From NCBI GenBank assembly GCA_021613535.1, contig CP075496.1:3162001-3226000 (forward strand): DNA of 64,000 nucleotides. Direction: 5' to 3'. Below the pieces are notes generated by a model. That model was not told the DNA's origin and did no database searches. It saw only the letters and a program-made list of their open reading frames with translations. This document shows positions 1-13,362 of this stretch, piece after piece. The position numbers and the translations under genes were made by a program. This DNA comes from Adineta vaga (lineage: Eukaryota; Animalia; Rotifera). Within the stretch, counting starts at the first letter, position 1, and every line of letters begins with the position of its first letter.

Positions 1-1002
1 ACATCGATTGTTTAAGAAGATAATTAATATTAGCTACAGACAGAAATAGTAGTTATGAATTCAAACTAATTTTTCATATATTTCTATTACCTTGATTAGG
101 TAATAAATCAGCTCGTTGATCAACATTTGCCAAAATGTCAACGGGTCGTTCCTTATTATAGAAAAGATAATGTTCATAAGAATCATATGAACTATTTAAA
201 TCTTACATTAGTTCGTCGTTCATCAAGTTGATATTTGGCTAAGCGTAATAATTTACCGAGTACTTCAAGAGATAAAGCTTCTATTGATTCAGCTGGTTGT
301 GCATCAAGATCTTCCACAGCTAATTTAATACTTTTGAATGTCCAATTTGGATAAGTTCGTGTATGAATCTGAAAAAAATATAAAATTCTTCTTTTTTCAC
401 TAATGTAATCTTTAACAAAAATACAAACATTATAAGAAATATTAAGAATTGATGCTTCTCGAATAAGACCATTCTCACGATTATTAATAGATTGATTAAG
501 ATCTTCAAGAATAAGTTTCATTGCTGGATCTGTTACTTCCAAAGAATGTATAAAGAGTGTTGGAAATATTAGTAACAGACCAGTAACGGGTGGCACAGTA
601 TTTCCTCCAGGTGTTAGGCATTCACGAGTGTCAAGAGTTTTTTCAAGAATACTTGGTAACGAACTTATATAATTTTGATAATAATCTATTTATAAATACA
701 AATAAATCAATATATGAAAATAAAATAAAAAGTCTAACCTCCAAGTTCTGGTTGTTTATCCCAAGTATCTCTTAAACGACCGATAATAACAATATTATTA
801 ATCAATGGAAGCTAAATATAACATAAATATCTTGCTTATTATTTCGATTAAACATCTCTTAAACATGAAAGTATACTTTTTTGTATGCGATTTGTTCGAA
901 TAATGTTTCTGTGGGATAATCATCGTGATTATCAGCACCATCATTACCAATTGGTGCGGATACGATTCGATCTGTTCTCTGTTGATTACGTGCTTGATTC
1001 AT
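1..1002 (-). CDS. TEX47: TEX47-like (C7orf62, BLUF-like fold) protein, multi-exon, 3' end runs off the window
   Basis: Spliced reading MNQARNQQ...LPLINNIVIIGRL...VTGLLLIFPTLFIHSLEVTDPAMKLILEDL...IHTRTYPNW resembles the TEX47 core motif TGLLLLYP..LHILE (recalled). ATG at 1002; GT-AG introns at about 876-812, 738-665 and 216-152. Confidence 0.6.
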
Positions 1003-1071
1003 AATCTTTCAATCTACAATTTAACTAAATTTCATATGAGAATATCTAAAACTAACGTCATTTTGCTTCAC

Positions 1072-1085
1072 AATGTCATAGTAAC
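1072..1085 (-). promoter_or_regulatory. Putative RFX X-box (one strong half-site) upstream of the TEX47-like gene
   Basis: Minus strand reads GTTACTATGACATT about 70 bp upstream of the ATG; 12/14 match to GTHNYYATRRNAAC. Confidence 0.35.
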
Positions 1086-2172
1086 CGACTCCATGAGATC
1101 TTCACTCACGACATCTACTGTTCTTCAATGAACAGATGCAAGGAAGGATATTTAAGGCAATCTCTTCTCTTTTCTTCTCATTTACATATGACATAGGTTG
1201 AATTAACTGCAAATATATTCTATACACGAATAGAACGATCAATACGTGTTATCTTCTTCTTCTTCTTCTTCTCAGTAACATTATATCGAAATTAGTTTGA
1301 TCTGAAAGATTTTAGATGATCACTTTTATGGCAATATTGCACGCATTGATATTATTTATTGAAGCAAATCATCATTAAGTTATATGCTATACGGAAATAA
1401 TATAAATAAATCCAAAACAAGAGAGTTCTATGTTGAATGTTAAACAATATCAAACAATATAGAATGTTGTACCTCTTTCTATTTAAAAAAAACTTGAACA
1501 GATCTTGATAGTGTGATTGCTCTGAATGATATCCGGTGTGACCTTTTTATTTTTTTTGCAATCAAATCTAATGTATTTGCTCAAAGTAATTCTGTGAGAA
1601 GAATCTATCGATCATTTGATCGAAATGTCGCTTGAGACCTACAAGTTCTTCCTGTTGCCTGAGGCATTCAGAACATGGTATTGCTTCAATATTAAAAAGA
1701 ATATATATCTTTTTCGAATCATAATAATTTCCATATATGCATGATCAAACTACTTCTTCGTCATACAATGATCATACTATTGGTTCATTTAGATTCCTTT
1801 AGATTCTAATACTATGTAAGTAGTGGAATAAATAATTAATCAAATCTAATTGAAAATCATTTCGATAGTATGACAAGGTAAGACGAGATTTATTTTGAAG
1901 AAAAACAAAAACATAAATTTCAAACTTTGATATAGACCACATGAATTCCGTTAGAAAACAGGCAATTCAATATAAGTTATTGTTTTGTGTTCTGTTTTTC
2001 TTTTATCTACTCAAACAAATTAATGTCGACAAGATTAACTATGCAACAAACAATCAACAGAGTTTTATCGGTAGTGCATGTATACTTTCCGAACGACACA
2101 CACACAATCGTCATTTTCTTAATAAAAAAGAGACTGAAGTTTTTCCGGATTTTTCTCTCTTACCCTCTTTCC

Positions 2173-2176
2173 CTCT

Positions 2177-2197
<21 letters not shown>
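2173..2197. repeat. (CT)n microsatellite
   Basis: Direct ctctct run. Confidence 0.9.
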
Positions 2198-2207
<10 letters not shown>

Positions 2208-2391
2208 GACAAAAAACTAGAGAAAGAGAAAAATCTATAAAATGGAAACAAACGAAGACTAACATATGTCTGAGAATCTTATAAGTAAAAACACACATAG
2301 ATGGAGAGTCGTACCGCATGACACACTACTAAACAAGAGACATTTGAATTCGTTTTTTCAGATAACATTTTTCCATTTCATTGTCGTAACA

Positions 2392-2720
2392 ATGTCAGCA
2401 ACAAAAAATTCTTCAATTGATCTTCGAACTGAATTCGATCGTCTCGACGAAGTAAATTGAACATTATCTCAAATAAGATCCGATCTAAATCTCTGTTGTC
2501 TTTCCTTAGGATAAAGATGGTTACATCACTTTAGAAGAATTTCGTGCATATCATTCGAAAGTAAACAAGGATGATACAGCGATAAGTAAAGCATTTGCTG
2601 CTATTGATTCGGATAAAGATGGTCTCGTAACATTTGAAGGTAAAGAATATTTTAATTCACTTTATTTATTTTCTATTGTCTTACTTTTATCTAGAATTTG
2701 AACGAGCATACAAAGACTAA
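2392..2720 (+). CDS. Small two-EF-hand Ca2+-binding protein (~71 aa, 3 exons)
   Basis: Spliced MSATKNSSIDLRTEFDRLDE|DKDGYITLEEF...AFAAIDSDKDGLVTFE|EFERAYKD*; two canonical 12-residue EF loops; introns 2452-2509 and 2640-2695. Confidence 0.9.
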
Positions 2721-4272
2721 TTAACAAAATAAATTAATAAGAAACTCTCAATAGTCACTTTTTTTTCTTCGATGTATGTCACGGATGTCATTGTTGTTGT
2801 TGTTGTTGTTTTTCCATTCTTGTTTGTCGAAATAGTCTTAAACTATTAATAATTCTAATTTGTAAAAGAACTCCACTTTTTTTTTGTTCAAATCTATAAT
2901 ATTATCTTCACTTATTGTGCAATTATTTATATATCTATTTCCTTTTGATGTACTCAATATATATATTCATTAAAATAATAAAAAATAATCTTGAGTAGAA
3001 CTGAACAAAAATGAACTTGAATTGTGCTATCTATCTAATAGGATGTCCAAGGTTTATTTGCATTTAACGAAGGAGAAACAAAACATGCAATGGTGTCACG
3101 CGCAATATGATTATTAATGTCATTAGAATAAAGTGCTTGTTCTAATAGTATTCTAGATTAGAATATGCGACATTTCGATGAATGATACTAATGTCTTTCT
3201 TTTTTCTTTCTTTCTTATGATCAAAAATGCAAGCTGAACATATGTGATATGAGAAGCAAAAGAATGATGAAACTAATTGTTCAATTAATGATTAATTGAT
3301 TGATCTTTTCCCCTTTGTAAATCAAGCGAAAATAATTCTTGTTGTTTTTGATTGAAAAATTGTCTTCATTTTATTATTTCGCAGTACGAGACAAATAATC
3401 GATAGTAAAGAAAGAGAGTAAATAAATCGAAGTAAATATTTAAGTATAGAATCTATCGGGATCACTCGATGCTAATGAAAAAAGAGATGACGACATAAGG
3501 GAAACATGAATGTGTAAACGTATTTCAAGGAATTTTCAGGAGAAAAAGAAAAATATAATAAAACATATTATTCGATCGGAAAGAGTTTACTGCCTATATT
3601 TATATATATCATTGTATGGACGAAAATAGATGATTGATCATAGGAATCGATTTAATTTTCTAAATATCTACTTGATGTTTTCAACTTGAACTAATACTCT
3701 TATTCTATTTCACAACCGATTTAAAAGATTATGTATATGTCATCAAATAGATGAATGATACAAATTCTTTTTTCATCTCGACAAACTTTATTTACACTTA
3801 TATCAAACATATCTCGATAAATATCGACAAGAATTTCAACTGACAAGTCTTATCATTGTTCATATTAACTAAGTAGATAAATTTATTTTCTAATCAATGG
3901 AATTTTATTTTTTCAAATCTTTTTTTCTATACATACCAACAGGCATATCATTCATTAGATTTCTAATCATGTACAACAAAAAAAATTCCTTTCCATCATA
4001 TTCATAATGATAACGCTGTTATCTTTCAAAATACAACAATCGGCTCATATTCAATGCTATTTCATCGCAAGACACAAGAAGAAAAAAAAATGACATCATC
4101 ACTACGAACAGCAACAATCATTATCTTAAGCTATTCAATCGATATACATATATTCAGTGCTATATTATATAATAAGCGAAAGAAAAGACAAAAAAAAGAG
4201 AATTTTTTATATTTAAATAGACTGAAGGTGTTATATACATAAACAGAAAGAAATATCTAAACCATTGAACAA

Positions 4273-5051
4273 ATGCCAGTCGCAACAGTAAGTCATTGTT
4301 TTTGTACAAGAACATGTTTTTGATTTACTTTTTTTCTAAGATGGAAAATAAATCTGTATCAGTTGATGATGATCTAACAGATTTATCATGGTTAACACAA
4401 ATGAATAATACGAAACAACGACATTCATCATCGAATGAATCGAATTATCATGAAAATAAAACTAAAAAATTCGAACGGATTAATAAACCATTTGCAGTTG
4501 TCAATGGTCAAACAATACGTTCATCATTACCAACATTTCAATCTCATCCTCAACATTATTCAAATGAAGAGAATCAATTTTATTCTCATCATCATCATCC
4601 ATTAAATAATCAAACACTAAAACGCAAATTTGATTCATCATCCTCCTATCATCAGACAAAACGTTTTCATTCCGAACAAACTCTTCCAATCTATCCAGCA
4701 CCAACATTATCAACAGATTCATTTTATTATGATCATCCACCAACACAATTACCACCGATGACACAACAACGAACATCTATGTCAATGGCATCACGATATA
4801 TGTTACTTAAAAATGATCCATCACTTTCTGATACAATTCCATCTGTTCATATGCCGACAAATATGAATGAACCACCAATTCAAATGATTGAACATGAAAA
4901 CATGTATTCCGATGATATTGAACATTTATTAGATATATTTAAAAATGAAGTGGAAATGATTGGACTTGATCCAATAGCAACAACAAGTACAGGTGATTGT
5001 ACTCTTGATATGGGACATTGTTTATCATCAAATCAATTCTGTTCATATTAA
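4273..5051 (+). CDS. Disordered ~241 aa protein with FoxN/FoxJ-type DDDLTxLxWL motif but no forkhead domain
   Basis: Exon 1 MPVAT (4273-4287), intron 4288-4340 (gtaagt...ctaag), then a long open exon containing DDDLTDLSWL, a TLKRK basic patch and an acidic/hydrophobic C-terminus. Confidence 0.7.
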
Positions 5052-5275
5052 CATTTTGTACATTTTTGTTTGTTTTCTCTTACGTTAAGCTTTATTATTT
5101 AAAAAAGAAATATTCCTCGTTGTTTTTTTTCCAAGCTCAGATAAATAAACTCTATTAAACATCTTTGTTTGTATTTTTATCACTGAGAACTCATGTCATT
5201 GACAATGATCAGTCAGTTGATGATTACGAATTGATAGTTACATCAAATTCTCAGATAATAAAACACTTCTTTATT

Positions 5276-6238
5276 TTATTTCAAAGAATTATCAGAAATT
5301 GTAAACAAACGATTGATAACATTCTGATTCGATGTATTAATATGTACATTTGATAAATTTCGACACTTATAGAATGAAATTGATTTCAAAAATTCTCTTC
5401 GAAATTCTGTAAATGTGAACAAATAAACAGGAAAACCTAAAATATGATATGTATAAAGCATTGAATCAAATATAAAGTAAATCGTCTCATTTCTTTCTGG
5501 AAAAAGAACACCAGCAATCGAAATTGGTGTGGTGAGGAGAAAAAATAATGATGTTGTTAGAAGTAAAGTAATTGAAATTGTTCGATGATGAATTCGAGAT
5601 GTTTTTCTGACTGTACTTAATCGACGTAATAGAAATAAATGATACATTATTCCACTATTAAATATAATCATTAATAAAAAGGGAAGACAATTATAGATAA
5701 TCAAATTAATATAATTCCATATTGGATAAACTGTATAATAGGGTGATTCGATTTTAATTTGATTATTTTCAGAATAACAAACAAAAGATAGAAAATGTAA
5801 ATTAATTAAAAGAAAAATCAAAAATAGAATTCCAATGATAATTAAAATATTTTTTGATTGATTAAACCAAGTTGGAGATAAACGATTCAATGATATGTAT
5901 CGATCAAAACAAATCAAAACACGTAACCATGCTGATATATGATGAATAAAATAATTGAAAAAGGTTAATAATTTACATGTTATGATAGAATATGTACTTA
6001 TTTGAATTCCAATACTTCGTTCAAGATAATGATCAAAATTCCATCCAAATAAGATAAAAATATCACATATTGCTATTATACGCATATAATGAAGTGTTGT
6101 TTGTTTATTTGTATTTCGAAATGTTGTTCGACATAGAATAATAAATGTAAGAAGATTGAAAATAGTACCAAGAATAATTAATATTAATGGATAATAAACC
6201 ATAATTAATTTTGAAAATATCATTGTAAGAAAAATCAA
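5276..6238 (-). CDS. Intronless rhodopsin-family (class A) GPCR, peptide-receptor-like
   Basis: 320 aa with 7 hydrophobic segments; GTIFN (TM1), IAICD (TM2), CKL...SAWLRVLICFDRY (TM3), FPVYLFTFTEFRREF (TM7/helix 8). Confidence 0.9.
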   Translation of the reverse strand: MIFLTMIFSKLIMVYYPLILIILGTIFNLLTFIILCRTTFRNTNKQTTLHYMRIIAICDIFILFGWNFDHYLERSIGIQISTYSIITCKLLTFFNYFIHHISAWLRVLICFDRYISLNRLSPTWFNQSKNILIIIGILFLIFLLINLHFLSFVCYSENNQIKIESPYYTVYPIWNYINLIIYNCLPFLLMIIFNSGIMYHLFLLRRLSTVRKTSRIHHRTISITLLLTTSLFFLLTTPISIAGVLFPERNETIYFIFDSMLYTYHILGFPVYLFTFTEFRREFLKSISFYKCRNLSNVHINTSNQNVINRLFTISDNSLK

Positions 6239-6665
6239 TCTATCATAAAGAATATCTCACTTGTCTTTATTTACATGAGAATGGTTTGTACTGATTGAAT
6301 CAGTCATTTCTATGTTTTTCTACTATCCTTCGCATGTCTCACTTGTGACGTATTTTAGAAATTGTATACACTATTATCAAAACCAAGGACGATAGCGATA
6401 ATATAGAGTTGAAAGGTTAAGTCATTTCTCGAACTTGGAACTTATAACCTTTCAATTAAACAATTAACAACCATCTCTCTTCGATAGATTCAAGTAGATA
6501 TATATATATATATATATGTATCGTATATATTTATTATGAATCAAAAGAAAAATAAGTTGCAAGAAAAATCTTCCAAATAAATAACGGTGAATACATAACA
6601 AGCAATATACAAGAGAGATTATGCAAATTGTTATCAAAATATAAGAGAAAAAAAATAGATGTGAT

Positions 6666-9600
6666 TTAAAATAATAATTGATTTGAAGAAATCTCTTCAA
6701 ATATGAGATCATCATCAAATTGTTGTACACTATGTTCTAATGTAACAGCAGCAAGTTCTTTGAGAAATTCATTGAATATGACTGCACAATAAGCAATATT
6801 GCGTGTTTTAGGATCATCCCATTCACTATTAGTTATAGATTTATGATTGTCACGAATATTTATAAATCTAAATACAAAAAAAGAAGTTCGTTTAGATTTG
6901 ACTTCGAATTGAATGGTTGACTGAAGTTTACTTCATTGATGTTTCATCAATAAATGTTATTTGAGATTGATCACATTCTTTGATTTTAGCAGGATTTCGT
7001 TCTGAGACTCGACTTCGGCCACGAAAAAAATTCATAAAACGATTTCGTGTCGAATTTCGTTCTAAATAAAAACACAACAAAAAAATAAGAATATTCTATG
7101 TTTAAGTTTGTAAAAGAAAACTATGACAAATAAAACATGCGAGAAAATGATTTCAAAAGGGAAACTACATGGCCAACCTGTCCGAGGTACTTGTCGAATT
7201 TCGAAAAAAACTCGTTCTTCTTCTGAAAATTCAAATAAATTGATTCATTTATCGTTAGCTTTAGAATACCTCTTCCTGGATCAGCTGATTTTGATCGTGT
7301 ACGTGATGGAGAACGTGTTCGTATAGGTATTTCATCAAAATCCTAATCAATAATAAAAGATAGAGTATTCCATAAATGAAAAGATAATACATACTTTAGT
7401 TATATTTTCTCTTTGATATAATAATTCTTGTGCTAATCGAACAAGTTCATCAAAATTATTATATGTTTGCGAAGTTGCTTCAAGTTTTGATTTGAGATTT
7501 GAAAGAATCTTTAATAATCAAAAATATAAAAATGTCATTGAAATACTATTGAATTACTTGAAAAAGTGATTTCACATTTGTTTCCAATACAAGACTATGA
7601 TTTAATAATAATGAACGTAATAATGGTTGTGAATAATGTGCTAATCGAGAGATAATACCGGTTAATAATAAATTAACATGTAAAGAATTTTGTAGCATAT
7701 TTTCTAATTTAGAAAATATTGTTCGTAGGAATGGACCTAAAATATGAAGAATTCTTCCAAATTCGATACGATTTCGATATTAAAACTCAATAGATGTTGT
7801 TTAACAATTATTAATAAGATTTTTTAGTCTCATGAGAATAAATCTCGTTTGATTTTCTCAAATAATAAAATATCTCTATGGAAAACTTTTCGAGTAAATA
7901 AGAAAAAAAAACCACAAGAACAAATTTACCAATATCAGCTGTTTTATTTCCATTTGTTGATGTTTGTTGTTGAATACTGCTTGTAAAAAGTGTTGATTGT
8001 ATTTGATTTGATAGATCATTCGGAATTAACAATGACATATCCATCGATGTTGAGGGTGGTAAAAATGAAGTAAGAGAATAAGTTGATTGTGAGAATTGTA
8101 ATGGAGATTGGGTATCTTTGTCTGAATTGGTACTATGATCGGTAATAATTATTGTTCGATTATGTTCAACTTGTTCAGAAAGTTGAATAAGATCAGTTAA
8201 TATATCTTCACCTTTTCTGGATGAGTTTTTCGAGATTTGAACATCAGTAAATCGATCAAGTAGAAGTAGAAAATCATTTAACGTTAATTTTTTGTTAAAT
8301 AATTCATTAAATAGATTATAATCAAATGATAAATCTACGTTTTGTTCTGTTTCTTTAGGAGATTCATTTTTGATTGAATTATCTATTTGATCAATTAATT
8401 CATTTAATAAATTAGAAATATTTTCATCAATTTCATTCGTTTCTTCATTCAGTCCACGAAACTGATTTAAACAAGTATTCAATGTATCGACACATGTTTT
8501 GATTTCATCACGAATAAAATTATTAGATGTATTTAAAGATTGAATGGACCATATATCTTCCTGTTCATTGGAAAAATCAATAAATGAAAATGCATAAAAA
8601 GAAGATGGACGATCAAAGTCATCATCGTCATCATCATCAACATCGTTTTCATTAAAATATGGTGTGTAAGTTACTATTGAACGTTTTGCAAGTAATTCAT
8701 CGGGTATAGGTTGATTGTTCGCAAGCCATGAAGGTAATCGAAAAGAATCATTCGATGGTTTTGATACGAGTTCTATTTGTGAATTTGTTTCTATACCTTC
8801 TTCATGAATACCAGAATCATGTGATATAGCAACATTCTTTTCTAAATGTTGTGATTGCTTTTGATTGGTAGTATTACTTGATGGATAATCAGATCTTTGT
8901 GAATGATCATTGTCGGTATTTAATGTTGAGACACTACTAGTTAATGAATTCATGTCAGTTTCTCCGATGATTGCATCTGGAGAAGGTGATTCACCATCGT
9001 ATGGTGCTGTCCAACAACGACAAGCAACACGACATCGAACAATACTGAAATGAGCATCCTAATATAAAGAAAAATGAATACAATTGATAAAGAATATTTT
9101 ATTGAATTTATACTTCAAGATAAGCAGCAAATGTCGTTTCATATCGTGCATCAGGCTCATTAGTTTGATCAAAATGAACGTGAACTTGCTTTGATTGAGA
9201 AGAGTCCACACTAGAAGAATAGTTTAGGCTTTCATTCTTCTTCCCAAACGTATATTCCTACCTATCTAAAGTATCAATTTTATTTGTAAATGATGGTCGT
9301 AATGAGAGAAATCGTTCGGCATTTTTTCCATAAATTTCCATATCACTTATATGTCGTCTTTGGCTCCACATGACATGTTTACACGGGATTAAATACCTAA
9401 TAGAGAAAATTATATCAATATATGAATAAAAAGATCTCATTTTCATACATAAAAATCAATCGATACATAATATCTTCACAATTTAAATTAATCAATGTAT
9501 GAAATAATCCAAGTGAAACTAATCCAAGCTAAATTAAAATCAAAATTTGTATCATTAATTCACTATTAATTCTATTTGTCTTCTTACTTTTGTTGTAAAA

Positions 9601-11822
9601 TTAATTCGTTGTATTAGTGTATCGAGTAAACCAATTTCATCGATTTTCGCACAGAGTATAAATTTTAAGAAAACTTTCAATAGCGCTGGTTCATAGATAG
9701 TACGTAAGAATAAATCTAAATAGGTTGTTGCAGCAATCACTTCATCCATGGTATTCTATATAGTAAAAAATAATGCGAATTAATTTGATATTTTTCAGAT
9801 ATTGAAATCATATAAAACAAAATAGTTTAGAAGAATCAACTTCCATGCAAGGATCAAAATAGTGTGTCGAAGAAAAAAGGAAACAAGTGCAACAACAAAT
9901 AATTAGACATTCTTCGTTTTCATACGAATATTTACCGAGAACTGTTGTAAATCAGAAAAATTCACTGGTATTTCATGAAGATCCTATGAAAGAAGAAATT
10001 TGCACCCATACACCCACACAATAAAACATTCAGCGTTATTATTAGAGAGAAACAAAGAATATGTATTTGTTAATTTAAGCATCCTATATACGTTTAATTA
10101 AATTTGCAAACAACATACCTGATAAATACTAGGTGCAAGAACAGGAATAAGAAATCCATGATAGATATATTGTAAAAGATTATGACCAATAGTTGGATGA
10201 GCAATCTATATTGAAAAGTAGATAGTTCTGTTTTTCTACTTTGCCTAATCGGAAAGGAAAACTTTACCTGAATAACATCATTACAAAATTGTAATGAATT
10301 CATGAATTGTACTAATGATGCATTTTCTGACCATTCTTTTTTAGTTAATATATATGCTTCATCATTATTTGTTGCTAAACGATGTGGTAATTCTGAATAT
10401 AATGCACTTAAACCTGTCGCCAAGATCTAGTAAATCCGAGAGAGAATAATTTTTTATTCAGAGTCTACAGTTCTTACTGGACAGAAATTCGTATTTTCTG
10501 CAATATGTTTCGCAATATTATCATTTCTATTTGATAATTGCATGATCAATAACAATGCATCACGAGCTTGTTGTCCTAAAAATAAATATTATCAATAATC
10601 ATATCTATGTCAATAGAAAAAGAAAATCAATTTCACAAACAATCACAAATAGAAGTAAAGACATGCTGCAAATCTTGCTAAAAACAAAAGAAAACTCTTC
10701 CCACCTGTGGTAATACCCTGTGCACATGGTCTATCTAAATACATTGCATTTCTCATTTATATTTGTTTTGAAAAATTTTATTTTCATTTCGTTGAAATAA
10801 ATAATAATGTTCATTTATCATACCTGCAACTCCGTCACGATGAACAAATGGAATCAGAAGAGAGAAGATGACAAATCTTGATGGACCATGATCAGCACTA
10901 ATATCAAAGCAAAATTCCAATAATTCCGGATTTTTTGTAATACTAACACACACCTAGAAAAACATAAGATTCTTGTTAGTTCAATATACTTACTCAGACT
11001 TTCTTATCAATGACTAAATATCTATCTAAATGAACTTTACCTTGTACTCTCATCAAAACTAAACAATAGATTAGTAGTACATTTTCGACTTCCTAAATGT
11101 GTTTGTACATGTTAAAAGACATTTATTAAACTGCCACATACAGAGATAACTATAACTATTACATAAGAAGAAGAAAAAACCTTTTCTGAATAATGATTCT
11201 ATGGTTGTAATATCACTGTGATATGACCTATACTTCCTTAATACATTATATTTTTCATACTTGATTAAGCACGACAATCATATGTTTTTCAATAAATTCC
11301 AGCGATGTTGATGTTTCACATGATCGAAGTAGATTGAGTAGTGGTTTAAACTAAAATATTATTATGAAAATATTTGATAATAAAAGCACACAGTAATTTG
11401 ATTTTCATACAATTTGTTTATGGAAGAGAAGTTCGTGTTGAGAACGGCTAAGAAGGAATTCAAAACAACGTAATTGATGATATTTAAGTTCTGCGGCATA
11501 TTCTGGACAACTTAACGACCAAATGAAGAAGGCATCAAGTATAGATTCGGAAATGAAGTATAAAAAAACAGGACCAGGACGATCTTGACTAGCGACTTCA
11601 TTCGTCAGTAAAGTCACTGCATGTTGAAAATGAGATATCGCACAACTGATATCATCTTGATTAACAAACGATTTTTGTAAGATCTGTAAGATTTGTTTCC
11701 AATGTTGTCGTAAGACCTAAAGATAAAAACAAAAAATATATATATATCAATTTATTATGGATGACTCTAATATATCTTTAATGATAATTTACTACCTCTT
11801 CCATTACTTTCATGAGCTCCAT
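6666..11822 (-). CDS. FHIP1: FHF complex subunit HOOK-interacting protein 1 (FAM160A/FHIP1, RAI16-like family), multi-exon
   Basis: Exons give MELMKVMEEVLRQHWKQ, FVIFSLLIPFVHRDG, QQARDALLLI, LATGLSALYSELP, FMNSLQFCNDVIQ, EVIAATTYLDLFLR, GPFL...LENML, YSQPLLRS and C-terminal AYCAVIFNEFLKELAA, all hallmark FAM160A motifs; stop TAA at 6668-6666. Confidence 0.9.
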
Positions 11823-13362
11823 CGACGATCAATAGAACTGAATCTTTGTTCTTTTTCTTTCTTTCTTTTCCCCTCTCTTATATTGAACGAGATATGATGA
11901 GCGTTATGATATCTGTCAAATCAATAGAATACTGTCGACGATAGGAGAAAATAAGCTAATAATAAAGTGAAGACAATTCTTTTTTTTTCTTTTCTTCTTG
12001 TGCAACAATTCTATTCTAGTCACGTAAATTATCGAAATTCCGATAAAATCCTTTCGTATTTAATCAATTCGATATATTTCAAAGGTCAATGACAATATAG
12101 AAACGAGTATAAAAAGATTCGTTGAACTAACCGTTACTTCAATATTAGATTCGTCGTCTAAACTTTCGCTTTTATGATATCGTTTCCAATGAAGTGTCAT
12201 CATGTTGATACCAAGGCATCTACAAAAATAAAGAATAAAATTACTAATTTGAAAAAAAAAGGAAAATAAATGACTTTTTTTCTCGTAAATAAAATATTAG
12301 TGTGAGAAGAGAAGTGTAACAAACCACGCTTCATTTATTATCATGTATCATTAGTCGATCGATACTAATCGATAGATATAGTCAGTATCGCTAATAAATA
12401 CATACAAATAGCGAAAAAAAACCATGATTCATGACAATCCATATATACTCACTTGCTTGCTCGTCTCGTCTTCTATACAAATATGCGTGTTTGTTCTGTA
12501 GCAAAAATTGACCAATACCGATAGTTCATTGAAATTTTTCAAGTATTTTGGTATCTGGAGTGCTACAAATGTACTTTTACAGGTGAAACATGGTCAGTAT
12601 TTGAGATAATATGATAGAAAATTTCATATTTGTTAAATAGATGTCGCTTATAATACAGAAAAGTGTTGTAAGAAGTATATCTTCTGCTTCTGCATGATAT
12701 TATATCACATGATCAAACAGACAAATCATTTGAGAAGGAAACGATCGTTCTGTCAATAGTTACTTCAGATAAATTATCTTCCGATAAACAAAGAATATAG
12801 ATAATAGTGAATTGATTAGTTAACATTTCATTAAGAAGAGTGTGAAGATGATTATTTAATACAGTTAGTGAAAAAGAACCAAACGAAGAAGACTTTTTTT
12901 TATCATTCTCTCGCACTACTTCGCTTCGCTTCTCAAAGAAATTTGCATCTCTTTATTATGTGATGTCGTTAATGGTAGAATAGAAAAAAACAAGAAATTG
13001 TCGGAGAATTGCGAAAACGATAACTATTGAGTAAATTGTTTTTCCTCCATCATCTGTTTTAAACACATAACTTTGTAGCACGGGAACATCTGACACATAT
13101 GTGTGGTGATTAGAGAGAGAGAGATCAGAAAGTCATCCCAGTGACACTTTCACAAAGATTTTATGTCAGAGAAATTTTGTACGCACTATTATAATCTATA
13201 AATTTATTTCTATTTTATTGGACGTATTTTATCATCAAATGTCGTTTTTCTGCTCTATTAATACACATGATGACGGCATTGTTTATTTTGTTTGTGTTAT
13301 TTTCCCTTGAACAAAGTTCTTTTGAATGAAATTTTTACAAGCACATCACAACAATAAGCACT

